A DNA stretch of 63,380 nucleotides, the filler included, from Reticulomyxa filosa (lineage: Eukaryota > Protista > Foraminifera): NCBI GenBank assembly GCA_000512085.1. It is 14 parts of 14 records of this genome, joined end to end, with 100 filler letters (N's around TTAATTAATTAA, not from the genome) between each part and the next. Parts side by side here need not be neighbours in the genome. Positions count along the whole stretch, not along the records: positions 9,595 to 22,213 come from ASPP01009754.1; positions 22,314 to 29,445 come from ASPP01024794.1; 12 more parts are not named here. One strand, given 5' to 3'. Below are positions 13,019 to 26,400 of the stretch, piece by piece; the stretch's first letter is position 1, and every line of letters begins with the position of its first letter. The notes beneath the pieces were generated by a model. The model saw nothing but the letters and a program-made list of their open reading frames with translations. It was not told the DNA's origin and did not search any database. A program made the position numbers and the translations under genes.

Positions 13019-13621
13019 TTATTCTGTTGTTTCTTCTACATCCCCGGGTGGATTTGCAATAGACAGAATGTTTCTTTTAATGTCGGAGAGAATTCTGACG
13101 ATTGCGCCCAATCCGTCTTTTTTAACTATGGCTTGTTGCCACGACAGGAAAGTTTCAGCGTGTTCAGATTTAGCTTGGAATCCATAGTATACGTACTTTA
13201 ATATTACTTCTCTTTCATGTTCTTCCAACTTGTCAACCATTGTTCCAATGTCTGACTTTTTACTCGAGCGCAATGCTTCTAACACTGGTTCAGCAAATTC
13301 TTTCTTTTTTTTTAAAACCCCCAATCAGCTTACTACTTTGAAATATTACAAACAAATAAAAAGTTCTTCTTTTTAATAAATGCTTTTTTTGACATTGTCT
13401 ATCATTAACCTGAAGACTAGGGTCTTTACATGCTGCTGGGCTCCTTGCTGCTGCTGTCAACACTCCGTACAGGTTGTTTCTGGCAAAACACAAAAATTAA
13501 ATAACTAAATCAAAAACTTTTCTCGAGGTTGAAGAAAAGATTTAGCTTACGAGCTCAAAGCAGATTTCATTTCTGTAGTAACAGTTCGTGCTTTCTCTTG
13601 TTCTTGTTTTTCTTCCGACAT
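13019..13621 (-). CDS. ARPC5: Arp2/3 complex subunit 5 (p16-Arc), 3 exons
   Basis: VLEALRSSKKSDI...VDKL...EVILKYVYYGF...FLSWQQAIVKKDGLGAIVRILSD is the ARPC5 signature; upstream exons 13621-13551 and ~13479-13409. Confidence 0.92.
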
Positions 13622-14551
13622 GGCTTTGTAATTGACTGGAAAATATAATCTCAAGCAGACGTACGCCAAGGGGCTTCTATTTAACCATTTTGTAAAGGGT
13701 TTCACCGGTTCTCTTATACATACAACAGCACAAAATGAAGCAAAAACACAAATAAAACAAATATTGTGATATGAGAGAAGCTAAAACTGTTAAAAATTTT
13801 CGTATTATTGATTAAAAATAGTCACAAGTTTGCACTTTGATCTTATATTTTGAATCATACGTATAGCTTATTCGAATTGCTACTTTTGTAAATAACAGTC
13901 AAAACTTATACAAATTATCTTGTTGAGCAAGTTGTGTCATAGAGATGTGCTTACTTTCTTTACTCTATTTGTTTCAAAACTCAAAAACGCTTTCTTTATA
14001 CCCGACTCTTCAGTTATCTGGATGTAAATCCATTATTGCTCTTGAATTTTGTGAATTACTGGATTGAATATTTTAGTTCTGGAGCATCACAGAACGAATA
14101 ACTGTAACTAAGGTTACAAAAAATAAATCAGTTACTAGGAAATGTGAGGTATGCAGTGTGCGATAGACCTGGAAGCGACGAAAAGTATATGTTTTTTTCC
14201 AACCAAAAAAAGCAAAAAATTTTCTTTTATCTTTGCTTCGTATCAGGGCATTGACCAACATCGATACCCCTTTCAAAAAAGGTTCAATATTATGAGAGGA
14301 ACTAAAAAAAAACTTTTCATTGCCATGAAAGTTTGGGCTTGAGGGAGACCACAAAAAAAAAAAATCCAACAACAACGTATCATAAAAACAGCAACAAAAC
14401 TTTTGAAAGTATCAACAAAAGAAAAAAGAACAAAGGAGAAAAAAAAACTTAACACAAATCTCATTTTTTTTGTGACTCAAAAAAAAAAAGTATATGAGAT
14501 TTATTTCTTTTTAAAAAACATTTGAGATGCACAAAAAAAAAGAAAAAAAAA

Positions 14552-15132
14552 TTAAACGTTGGCCTCTTTCAAAAGTTGCCAACAATGCCTCATGACTTGG
14601 TCAAATGCATCTGACAGACCAACAATTTTAGTGTTGGTCGTAGTCGGGATAGTGTCGTCGTTGGAATGATTTACAATGGCCGATTTTCGCGATTGAATTT
14701 CACCGTAAACAACAAACCAAACGGTCCGGAATTGATACAAGCACAAAATTTCCTTTCCTTTTAGACATAGCAAAGCATTTCCATCCTCCAATATTTGCAT
14801 TATGTTGAATTTTTTGCCATAAAAGCATATCATATTCTTGTGTGAAATCGTTCCATCACTTGCACAAGCTCTGCCAAAGTCTAATAGTTCTTGGTTTTCA
14901 TTTATCACAATACCTTTTTTTTTGTCGTTGTTGTTGTTGTCTTTGATGATATACTGGTGTTCGTCGGATCCGGGTCTTCCCACGCTGTGGCCACATGAAG
15001 GGGATGACTGTACGCAACGGGTGAAAAATCTACACGTGATACAACTGTCGCTTTGGTAAAGCCAAGAGAAAGACATTTCTCTATATATTTCTCCCAGCCA
15101 TTACTATAGCTTATACTTGTTGGCCTTGACAT
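14552..15132 (-). CDS. Divergent profilin; 1-nt frameshift at A-run 14915-14923
   Basis: Joining the two ORFs gives ...GWEKYIEKCLSLGFTKATVVSRVD...INENQELLD...FYGKKFNI...LCLKGKE...AFDQVMRHCWQLLKEANV, the profilin pattern (N-terminal W..Y helix, G.KF, C-terminal helix). Confidence 0.7.
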
Positions 15133-15385
15133 TATTCACAAGATTGAGAGTGACTTTTCGGTTTCACCTCCTGTTTTTTTTGGCGAAAGTGTACGCTTGT
15201 GTTAACTGTCCAATTTCAAGAAAGGTTGCATATGACCTTGTAGTTGGAAACAGCTAAAGAATGTCAGTTTTATAAATAAAAAGATATTACTCACTAAATT
15301 TGTTTAATTGTTACAATTGTGAACTGTCGTGCCAAATTTCAAAAAAAAAATCCTTTTTTTTTTTTTCCCTTTTTGCAAAGGTGAA

Positions 15386-17677
15386 ATGTCACTTTGCGAC
15401 TCAGCTTTTGGCTGTAACGTTTCCTCGGAATTCACGGACGTGATTCTCTCTCGGACCTCGTATCGTCACTCACTCAGCGGCGTTAAAAATCCAAAAGTCT
15501 TGAGTGGTAACAGTCATCATGACCAAAAAGTGGATAAAAATGAATTACCAGTAGGCCACGAGTGTTTGCGATTGGACTGGTACATGATGAATCTGTTGTG
15601 TTATATCCAGGGACATGGATGGCTCGCAGTTGCAAGTAGTCACGATATTTACGTATTCTCTTGGACTTGTACGTACTACCGAATTGACGGACTTCATATA
15701 TACAACAGCAGAGTGTCGTACAATTAAAAGGATGTTGGCACATTACACATTTGACGTACATCCAAGGAAAACCAAGTTTCAATTAGTGTGTTTTTATTCT
15801 AAGTGTGTATCATACAAATACGAAAAAATGAATATATTTATTTATTCATAAATGGAATAATAGACAATGCGAAGACAGTAGATCTAATTGCAGCAACAGA
15901 TATTTTGGGACAGGTGTGCTTGTATCGATGTGATCTGATCGAATTGGAGCTGAAGCGACAAAAGAAGCGAATGGATACAAATGGTGACTCTCCGTTGTCA
16001 GTAGAGCCGTGGATGCGAATAACACCACCGATAAACGGTGACGGAGACCAAGATGATAAGAGCGCTTGGAGCGTGGACGGAATGTATCATCCATTGTCCG
16101 ACCAAATCTTGTTGTTATGTTATGGCGCTAACACTCACAATATTGTTTGCCTTCGTGTTGATCTAGGTAAAGCCTTTGTAAAACAAATACAAATAACAAC
16201 TGTATTGAAATGATTTTTTATTAAAATTAATGTTTAGTAAAAATGATCACTTGTTAAAAAAAAGTGTATACAGTTGTACATATACGTATAACATTAGAAA
16301 CGTATGTACGCAAAAACAAGACACTAAAAAAGAGATTATTTTTTTTCTTTAAAAAAACAAGAAAGTGAGAGTTCCGAAAGCATTGGAGTTGCAAGACATG
16401 GACACAATATCCCTTGTGTGAGTATGTCACCCCAGGCGAACTTTGTGTGCAGTGCGTCAGTGGATTCGTGTTTGTACGTATGGCACATCGGTTCGGGACT
16501 GACATCGCATATCCGTGTCAATTTGGATGCAATTGGGTGGAGCGAGTCAGAGTGGAAATGGTCAATTTTATGCATTGATCAGGGCGATATAGGATGTGCA
16601 CCGCACGAGGATCGTTCAGATTCAAACGAGCAAGACACAGCTTTTTATGCAACGTGGAACTCACCTCAAATCCACAAACACGTCGACGCCATTAAACAAA
16701 AGGCCACGCTTTTGATGGGACAAATCAAGTTTTTAAATATTTTTTGTATGCGTACGCAAAAAGTAACCAAATTGTAATCAATGAATAAAAAAAAGAAATT
16801 CCTGGAATAAAATGCATGCGTTTGGAAAATGGACGAAAAACGAAAAACAGGAATCGTCCTTGGGGAAACAGTTTATGCACGAGCGCACGAAATTGCGTCC
16901 GAGTGGCGAAATGATAGATTTGTGGCTATCGCATCCAAGCTATTTGTTTATTCCAGAATTGATTGAACCAGATATTGATGAACAAGAACAAAAAAAGGAG
17001 ACAGGAAAAAAGAAAGAGCAATGGTCCTCGCATCGCTTCGCCAATGATCTGGAAAGGCAGAGCGAGGAAAAGTTTGCAATTGTGGCAACATCGCAATCGC
17101 ACGTGTATTTTTCAAATGAATTAGTGAGCCAACATAATTATCAACAATTCGCACAGTCCAAGCATTGGTCCTGTCTGTCCAATTTGTTTTCGGATCTTCA
17201 CTTCACTTTTAATGTTGTATCCAATGATCGGTTGCAATTTGTCAAATTTATTAAAGGTGGTTCGTTCTCAATGCTTGTTGTCGGAAGTCCAGGCTATCCC
17301 GTCGTTGCCCTATTTCATGTTTTTTATGGTATTTTTTTTTTCTTAGTCTTTGATTTTGTGCTTGTTGATTTAAAAAAGCGATAGTATTGTATACTTTACA
17401 CAAATAATAAGACGCTGACGAAAAAGTACATGTGAAAAAATGTGGATTTCATCCGCAATTGTATTGTAACAATAATACACATGATGGCAACAACAAGTGG
17501 ACGTTTGAAAAGAAGCTGACCCTTATGGGAATGGATGTTATTCCGGTTCGAACGGATGTTGACGATACCATTGTGTGTTGGAAAGTCTTGCTTTTATACG
17601 AAAACGGACGATTGTGGTGTTTAAATATCATGCCTGGCCATTCTCCGTTTCTTTTGACTGAAGAATGTATTGTATAA
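15386..17677 (+). CDS. CRT10-like WD40 beta-propeller protein, multi-exon
   Basis: NLL...LAVASSHDIYVF, DLIAATDILGQV, SAWSVDG, YGANTHNI, HNIPCVSMSP...SASVDSCLYVW, GWS resemble recalled Crt10-family motifs; GT-AG introns separate the ORF pieces. Confidence 0.6.
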
Positions 17678-18901
17678 ATTGCTTGCGTCTTCATTTGTAT
17701 CGTGCACTCCAGTTGCCAATTTGGAAAAACGTATATAGAACGTATACAACATTTTTTGAAAGTAGTCTTGGCTTTCAAGCATTGTGTAAACTTGGAACCA
17801 TTACTTAAAATATTCATACTTTAAGATGATGTGAAATAACAATCAACGGAAAGAAGCCAAGGATGAACATGAGTTAACTTGCTGTTACTTTTTATTTCTT
17901 CTATTTTGAGTGTTACTCGCTTTTTTTATTAACCAGTTTGTATGGTGTTGAGAGTTGTTCGTGTCGAAATACTTGGTGTACAGACGAAATAACTTTTTCT
18001 GTATGATGTACGAAAATATTGTTAAATTCATTGTTTTTTAAATTTTTCTTATTGGAGAAAAATCAATTATTTTATCAAATGATTTACATTCGTTAATACT
18101 TGTATTCCGATCTACTTACACTCAGCAAATCCAAATGGGAAGAAAATAAAAGAAATAAATTTCTTTTGTTTGATGTTCCGCTAGACAATTGTTCATAATT
18201 ACAAATACTAACAGAAAGAAAAAAATTTTACTGATTTGTTTTACTTTTTTGATGATAAATGTGCAAAAATCAATTTGTGATAGATTTCGTTAGAAACTGA
18301 CAATTTTTCAATGCAAATACTATATAAATTTTATTCTGAAAAAAAGAAAAATTATAAAAAGTGTGATTAATGTGATTGAAACGTTAAATATAATTACTTT
18401 TTAAAGTTTAGTGTATTGAGCAGAAATAAGACCAATTGTTAACTAAGTCAAGGGCATTATATTTATGTATTTTTTTTCATTTTTATCATAATTGACATGC
18501 TATATCATTTATTGCACATGCAGCAAAATTCTTTTTTTAAAAAAATTATTTCTGATTTTTTTAATGTTAGAATGTCGAAAATTTGAAATCACTTGAAATT
18601 GACCGTTCAACAAAATTATACAATTTTTAAATGAAAAGAATTTTTGTAAAGTAAATTTTTCGATTTGCTTTTTTGCTTGCAATATCAATCAACACAAATG
18701 CCAGCAACACATTTTGTAGATGTATTTTAGGTGTAATATCTTTTTTGCAATATATTGTAAGAGTTTACTTATTTTTTAATGATAATTTTTTTGTAGTTGT
18801 GAATTTTTTATTTGAAAAAAACATAATCTTGATCATCCATAAAAAAAATTAAAAATCTCAACAGTCTAACATTAGACTACGACAAATCAAGAGAAAGATT
18901 G

Positions 18902-21168
18902 TTACAACCGTCCCCACGTCCGAATTGTTTTATCCGCAGAACATGACACGATTGTATTTCCGTCTGCAGAGAAATAAATCCCTGTTACAATATCGGAATG
19001 TCCGGTCAATGTTTGTATTTTTATTCCAAATGTTACATCCCAGAAACGAATTGCATTATTTGCGCATAACACAACAATTTGGCCATCTGGTGAAAATTTT
19101 ACGTCATTTATGATACGTGGATGCTCTTCAAATTTTGCAATTTGTTTCCTTGATGTTACATCCCATATTCTTATTGTTTTATCACTCGAACATGAAACAA
19201 TAGTATTACCGTCAGAAGAGAATTGTGCTCTTACTACATTACCTAAATGTCCTTGTAATTCGCCAATCCTCTCATTTAAATGTATATCCCAAATTCCAAT
19301 AGTTTTATCATTTGATGACGACACAAGTTGTTTACCATCAGGTGAAAATTTTACATCATTCACGCGTTTTAAGTGTCCTTCTAATATCTTTAACTCTTGT
19401 CCAGATTGTACATCCCATAATCGAATTGTTTGATCACATGAGCCAGACACAATACTTTTTCCATCTGGAGAGAATTGAACACTTGTCACAGCATCGAAAT
19501 GTCCTTCCAATTTTCTTAGCTCTACACCGGATTCCGCATCCCAGAATCGTATTGTCGTATCAACTGAGCCCGATACAATCATATTTCCATCTGGTGAAAA
19601 TTGTGCATCATTGACTGGGGCTAAATGTCCTTTCAACATATGGATTTGTTTTTGCGATCTTACACTCCATATACAAACCGTACAATCGTTCGAAGACGAA
19701 ACAAGTTTAGTCCCATCCAAAGAAAATTTTATGCTACATATCGAATCTGAATGTCCATGAAGTGTGCTCAATGATTTGAAATATTTCATCTGCTTGTATG
19801 TTCAAATGTATGACTTTTCTTGCATAAAAAAAAAAACTATTCAAAAATAAAATATAAACATATTACTATAAGGTATCGTGTAATAATCGTGTCAATATCG
19901 GCAACCCATCTCATCTTAATAGACAATGAGTGCATCCAGTATGTAATTATCATTTCAATCTCCTTTTTTCTCTGTTAATATTTTACTACGTGACTAAAAG
20001 CATATAGTAATTAAATATAGAAAATCCAACTAAACTTTTAATTTATTTATATCAATATCATCTTTCATGTCACTAAGCTCTTTTTTAATTCTGCAAGCAG
20101 TTTTTTTTCTTCTTCTCCCTTAATCCATTTTTTCTCTTTTTCTGTCTCTTCTGTCCAATTTTCTATTTTTGCTCTCATATTTGTTGATAACGCATTCTTT
20201 CCATCGTTTCCTCCTAAAACATACACTAATGTTTTATCTTCACTCAATATTGCAACACTGCCACATAATGCAACAGGCAAATTGTGTTCAAACATTGTCC
20301 ATTTATCTTCTTTCGTTGAATATTTGTGCACATCTTTTAAGACAATCTTTTCAGTATTATGCCTACCATTCCATCCACCAAAAAATAAAATGCAATCATT
20401 GACGTATATGTACGCATATCTATTGAAGGATCTCATTGTTGTACAGACATGTAATTTATGGAATTGAAAAATATTGCTGTCTTCATTATGTTTGATTGAA
20501 AATCCAATTTTATCACAAAATAATATCATTTCATTCATTTTTTTGTTTTCAATTTGTTTTGCTATTGCTGCTTCATCCCATATCTTTGATACAAAACAAT
20601 GGCATCTTATTGTAGCATCAGTTGGTAAATTATCACGTTTGATAAACTGTAGTGTATCCAAATTAAAGATATCAATATTATTTGGGCGATAAGTGATAAA
20701 CAACAAATGATTGTTTCTTCCACCAATTACTGCTCGCACTCCCCAATAATCATCTTGATCTCTGCCAATGCAAATCAAGTCATTGTGTTTATCAGTAAAA
20801 GGAATCCATTCATTATAGTGCGTTTGTTCAGCAATTTGAATTTTATCTTCATCAATATTATTCCAAACACTAACATATTTCATCATCAACGTATGTTTAA
20901 TTGCTCCACCAAAAGACAATAACAAAACGTCATTTGGATCGTCTTTATTTACACGCTTCACTACACAATGTCCATTTAATCTAATATCTTTTGGATACTG
21001 GCAGATGCGCTTGTATAGATTTTTCTTTATGTGATAGGAATAGCAATCGCCTTTAGATGCACCTCCACAAATAATTATCTCATGCTTATGAGTCACACAT
21101 TGGCTTAGTGAAAGTGAAGCAGGTAAAGGCGTCAAAGTTTCAAAGGGAGAGGTAATATTTGTATTCAT
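18902..21168 (-). CDS. Kelch-like beta-propeller + helical linker + 7-repeat WD40 protein (3 exons; frameshift at A-run 20101-20108)
   Basis: Exon 1 has Kelch-type GG motifs (IIICGG, LLSFGG, VIGG, ILFFGGW, VLGG); mini-exon 19971-19867; exon 3 (19789-18902) has seven GH...FSPDG...S.D.TIR.WD repeats. Confidence 0.8.
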
Positions 21169-22716
21169 TTTTATATTATTGATATTTATTTTAATATAGC
21201 TATACTGACTAGTTATATTTTGACCTGCAATGATTTGTTTTCTGTCATACTATTTAAGGTTTGTTGAAAAGGGAAAATCTGAACTTAGAACTTTTATTGC
21301 AGTGAAACACTTCGTAACTACAAAACTACTTTAAATATTTTGAAAACTTTTTTACTTATTTTCACTTGTGGTCAAGTGATACATCTGTTATTCTTATATC
21401 CATACACAATTAATAATTCATTTTCACGATTAATTTTTTAAAACAATTTTCTGAATCTAGACACACAAATGCAGTACATATATCTTGCTTATCCATTAAT
21501 GTTGGCTTTATCAGCTTTTCTTCACAGACAGTGCAATTTATTAATTCGTTCATATTTTTTGTATTTATCACATCATACAATATACATGTATCATTTCCTG
21601 TTCCATGAGTAATATCCCCTTTACATTGCTTGATCTCTTCCTCAGTCACGCTTTCCAGGGGTCTGACAAATTCTCAATACTATTGCACAAAGCGAATTCA
21701 AAGTATCAAAGAAGCGACTATTTGATATTTATAACCCAAGAAATTTAATTGTGTTTTTTAACACGTGTTATTCTTTCTTCAATGTATCTTAACAGCGAGG
21801 AATAACTGTTAAATATACGTTAGACATATTTTTTTTATCATTTTGTGTTTATTGGGTTCTTTTTTATTTTTTAGAACATATTTTCTGAGAAAGAACTAAT
21901 CTTTTCATGCTGCATGCATGTAAATACTAGTTTTTATATTGTATGTTTTGTTTGTACCAAATATCAAGTAAGTTTAATTTAAATTTTTCAAAGAGTATAA
22001 TTCAAATATATTTTGATAAAAATAGTTATTCTGTTGTGTTCATGATGTGCGATAATAAATTTCAGATAAAAAAATTAAAATTTTCTTAAGTGTTCATTTT
22101 TTGTTTCAAATATCAGAAGATTGTGGACAATGCCGTTTCAAAAATTTGACAAAATCCTGGGTCGAGAAAAAACCTATATCACGTATAATATTTTTATGTG
22201 GCCAATGACATTGNNNNNNNNNNNNNNNNNNNNNNNNNNNNNNNNNNNNNNNNNNNNTTAATTAATTAANNNNNNNNNNNNNNNNNNNNNNNNNNNNNNN
22301 NNNNNNNNNNNNNCCGTCTCCGCAAGGAGAAATCATGGTTTGTTATATCTATTTTTTATTTTTTATTTTTTTTTGACATGATGATATTATGTATTGTTTG
22401 CGTTACAGCTGCAGCCCTCTGTTCAAAAAAATAAAAAATTATACGTCCCCTAACTCCAAAGCAAAACCGGGGTTGAAGCCACCCCCATATCAAAATAAAA
22501 ATGAAAAGGTTTATTTATTTTTTCATTTTTTATTTTTTATTTTTTTAAATAATATGCACGTTTGCGTTTGAATAGGCATGCCCCCATCCAAAAAAAATTT
22601 GATATGTGATGCGCAAATGGGAGTCAATATCAAAACAAAATGTGGAAGTTTTTATTTTATTTTATTTTTCTATTTGAAAGATGGAGGGAAAATATGGAAA
22701 AAGGGATTTGGAAAAA

Positions 22717-22790
22717 ATGGGGAAAAGATTGTGAAAAATATGGGGAAAAGATTGTGAAGATATGGGGGAAAAGAGGGGGAAAAGATATTG
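22717..22790. repeat. ~23-bp purine-rich tandem repeat within a long strand-biased A/G tract
   Basis: ATGGGGAAAAGATTGTGAARAT-like unit, about 3 copies. Confidence 0.65.
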
Positions 22791-23459
22791 AAAAAATAAA
22801 TGAGAAAAAAATTAAGAAAAAATTTTACTTAAGAAAAATGCAAAAGAATGTTAAAAAAATGAAAAGAATGAGAAAATTTAAAAAATTGAAATGTTGAAAA
22901 TTAAAAAAAAATGACAACTGGAAAAAAAAGAAAAAAAGATTAAAAAGAGAAAAATGAAAAAAAAGATAGAAAAGAATAGGAAAAAGTAAAGGGATAAAGG
23001 GGGAAAATGAAAAAGGAAGAAGCGCAAGACATGTTCGCGCTAATCGTTAGATTGGAATTCTCTAGTCGTTCGACGACGAAAGAAATCGCCAAGAAGAAAA
23101 AAAGAAAGAGCTGCGATACGCGCAAAGTAGAAAAGATGGTGTCGCAAAGGCTGCATAGAAGAAGTGGAAATCGATGAAGCAAAGAACGTGGAAGTCGCTG
23201 GGAAATAGTTACTAAGCGCAAGCGAGAAAGTCGGTCTCGGGAGAATATTCAATATGAAGTGGTTCAACTTGTTGGATGAGTTGTGCGAAACTCCGTGGAT
23301 ATATTTACAGGCAAGAAGATAAATATGATGAAGAGTAGGAGAAAGATGGGGATGAAAAAAGAATCTCGCTATGGATAGTAAAAAAAAATCGTATATAGAT
23401 TTTCTACGTGTGGTTATGTATGGTCCTTTACGCACATGAGTGAAGGCTTTGGGTTTACA

Positions 23460-26400
23460 GATAACGCACTACCTTCCAATAAAACGCGCCAAACAAAGAC
23501 AATGAATAAGTGCATGGAATGCTTTGCAGTGGTAACTCGAACAATTGGAATGGACTTGATCATCAACATATGTGCACACAGGTCTCTAGCGCTATGTAAA
23601 TCCAACAATCATTCGCAAAGAGGGAGTCGAGCTGCGATTTCCATGTTCCAACGAGCAAGGTAAGCGCGATTGTTATAAAAGAAGATCTAACTACTAGTAT
23701 CGAAACTAGTCGTAACTTGCGCATATCCGCAACTTCGCTTTTTAGTCGTCCTTGTGCTGCTGATTGGAGAAATGATAGGATCGCGAGTAACGTAAGCATT
23801 AATGATGGTGAAAAGAGATAGAGAGAGAGAACTTTCTCAATTCGGCAAAGATTATCGTCACTTATTCGACAGACTCAAAGCAATCAATTCTTGCAGTGAC
23901 TGTCTCCAGATTAATTATGAACTACAGATGACGTGTCGGATGCGACGCAATACTTTGTATTCGTGGAAAATATTAAAGTGAAAGTCGCCAAATTTAGTTG
24001 GATTCGAATCGACGTGGCTTTAAATTGTTGAACTCAAACACGCAAGAACGAACACGTCAAATGAAGAAAAAAATACGAATTGTACCATCAATCATTGAAA
24101 CGCCCATGCAAATGTTATCGAATGAATGCGTGATGATTGGCGCAAAAATTTCTAAGAATGGTCATTATTCAATGTCAATGTGTATCCTTCATCATAAGGG
24201 CGACGAAAGTGGCTGAGCTTCGTATTTTGAAAATATCCATCATACGATGGCATCGGAATAGTTGAACAAAGATGTCCTCAATTGAACTGTGACATTTTTT
24301 TTATTGGTAAACTCGTTTCGTAGTCGGTGTAGCATCAAGATCCAGAAAGAAAAACTTTAAAATATACGAAAAAAAAATTATATATATTGACACACTTTCA
24401 TCACATAGCAACACTGGATCGATCGAAAAAAATGAAAGACAAAGAAAAAGGGATGATGACGTTACAGAAAATATCACATATGGCGATTGAGTAAGCCACT
24501 CTCATATGGAATTATTCTCTCGCTGTTGTTGTGGCTCCAATTTGGTGGATTAATTTTGCGATACTCAAGACCATTAGCAAAGAAGAAGGGGATGATGATG
24601 TAGAAAAATATTATTTCAAGGCCATACAGTCGTTGGATTTGTTTTAAAAAGAAAAAAAAAAGGTCGTCTGTCGATTTACTTGGGTTATGGTTCTTCATGC
24701 CCACAAGTAGCGACTTTACGGGTTCTTAACGTGGACTATTTCACATAGTGCGCCTCTCAATGGAAGCTGCTGGATGGATGTGATAACGCCAAGCGCAGTG
24801 CCAACAATGACGATAACGACGACCACAAAATGCAGTCCATGTTCCTTCTACTCATTAGTCAATTATTTCAATACATTGGACTGGTGTTTTGTGTTCCACA
24901 ATATTTGGGTGCCAAAGCTGTTGGTGTGTGTGGAAGAGAGCAAATGTTGTTGCGAATTTATTACAAAAAACAACAAGGCCGTGCCAATCGATAAACGGAT
25001 CGACGATTCAAAAATCGCTCCATTTACCGAATGAAACAAAGCCTGGATATTTGCAATGTGCTGGTGGCGCTGGGCCCTGCTAAGTGCAATATTTAACAAT
25101 ATTTTATGTCAAGGCCCCCTATCTCTTCTATAGTCTCACCTAAAGACACCGTCGCTGTGGATACGAACGAATTGTTCGGTTATCAAAAATCGAATCACTA
25201 GAATTCGAAACGTGGAATGGTCTGCCATTGGCAAGACCGCCACTCAGAGAAATGGTAGCTCTAGGGAAGAGCCTTTCAGTGATAACATCTTCAAGTCAGT
25301 TCAATTGTCCCAAATAACGGAATACTTGATGGGAAGCATTATCATTGAAACCAACACGTGCATTCTAACACAAGAGTCCAAGATATTTTGTTGGTAATTT
25401 GTACGAATGTCTCTTTCCTGTTGCCTGACGCTATAATTCGTGATTGGGTCCATTGCTTGAAAAAGTCTTTGTTTTATGTGACAATTTATATATAATATCT
25501 CTACAAAGATATTTATTATTTATTCATGGTATGTGTATGGTTACTTGAACTCTTTGGATAGATTTTTGAAGGTGCGGAAATGGAAATGGCAGTTGTTGCT
25601 GTTAATATTATTATTGGCGCTGAAATGAACCTGGCAATAATGGTGATAGTAATAGCAACGACCTGCACTGATTATGGATCACGGTGTTATTCTAACGTAT
25701 AATTTGAAAAACAAAAAGTAAAGGTCCATATCAGTGTAATGTACTCATGATTGATTGAAAGGGTGAGCTGCGCAACCTGATTCCAAGTTTAATATTTTTT
25801 TATAATGTGATTGTAAAAAACTTATAACGTGTGTGATGGATACACACGTACATAACATAGGTCTCAAAGAATACAATACATGCTAATCGAACATTGGAAA
25901 GTGGTGGTTGCGGTGCAGCAAGCAAGGACAAAGTCAAAAAATGAAGAAAGAAATACGAATTGTACCATCACTCAATCATTGAATCGCCCATGCAAATGTT
26001 ATCGAATGAATGTGTGATGATTGATGCAAAAAACTTCTAAGAACGGCCATTATCCAATGTCAATGTGCGTCCTTCATCATAAGGGCAACGAGAGTGGATG
26101 AGCTTCGTATTTTGAAAATATCCATCATATGATGGCATCGGAATAGTTGAAGAAAGATGTCCTCAATTGAACTGGGACATTTTTTTTCTTGATAAGCTTG
26201 CTTTCGTAGTCGGTGTTGCATCAAGATGCGGAAAGAAAGACTTCAAAATACCATGCAGAAAAAAAAACAATGCAGATACACGGTATCATCACATAGCAAC
26301 GACTGGATTGATCGAAAAAGGGATGCGGACGTTATAAAAAACATTACATATGGCAGTCGAGTAAGCCACTCTCACATGGAACCATTATCCCGATGTTGCT

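Noticed and set aside
22640-22897. Lys-rich ORF (and similar poly-K/poly-F ORFs at contig ends)
   Set aside because: Translation of low-complexity A/G or T tracts.
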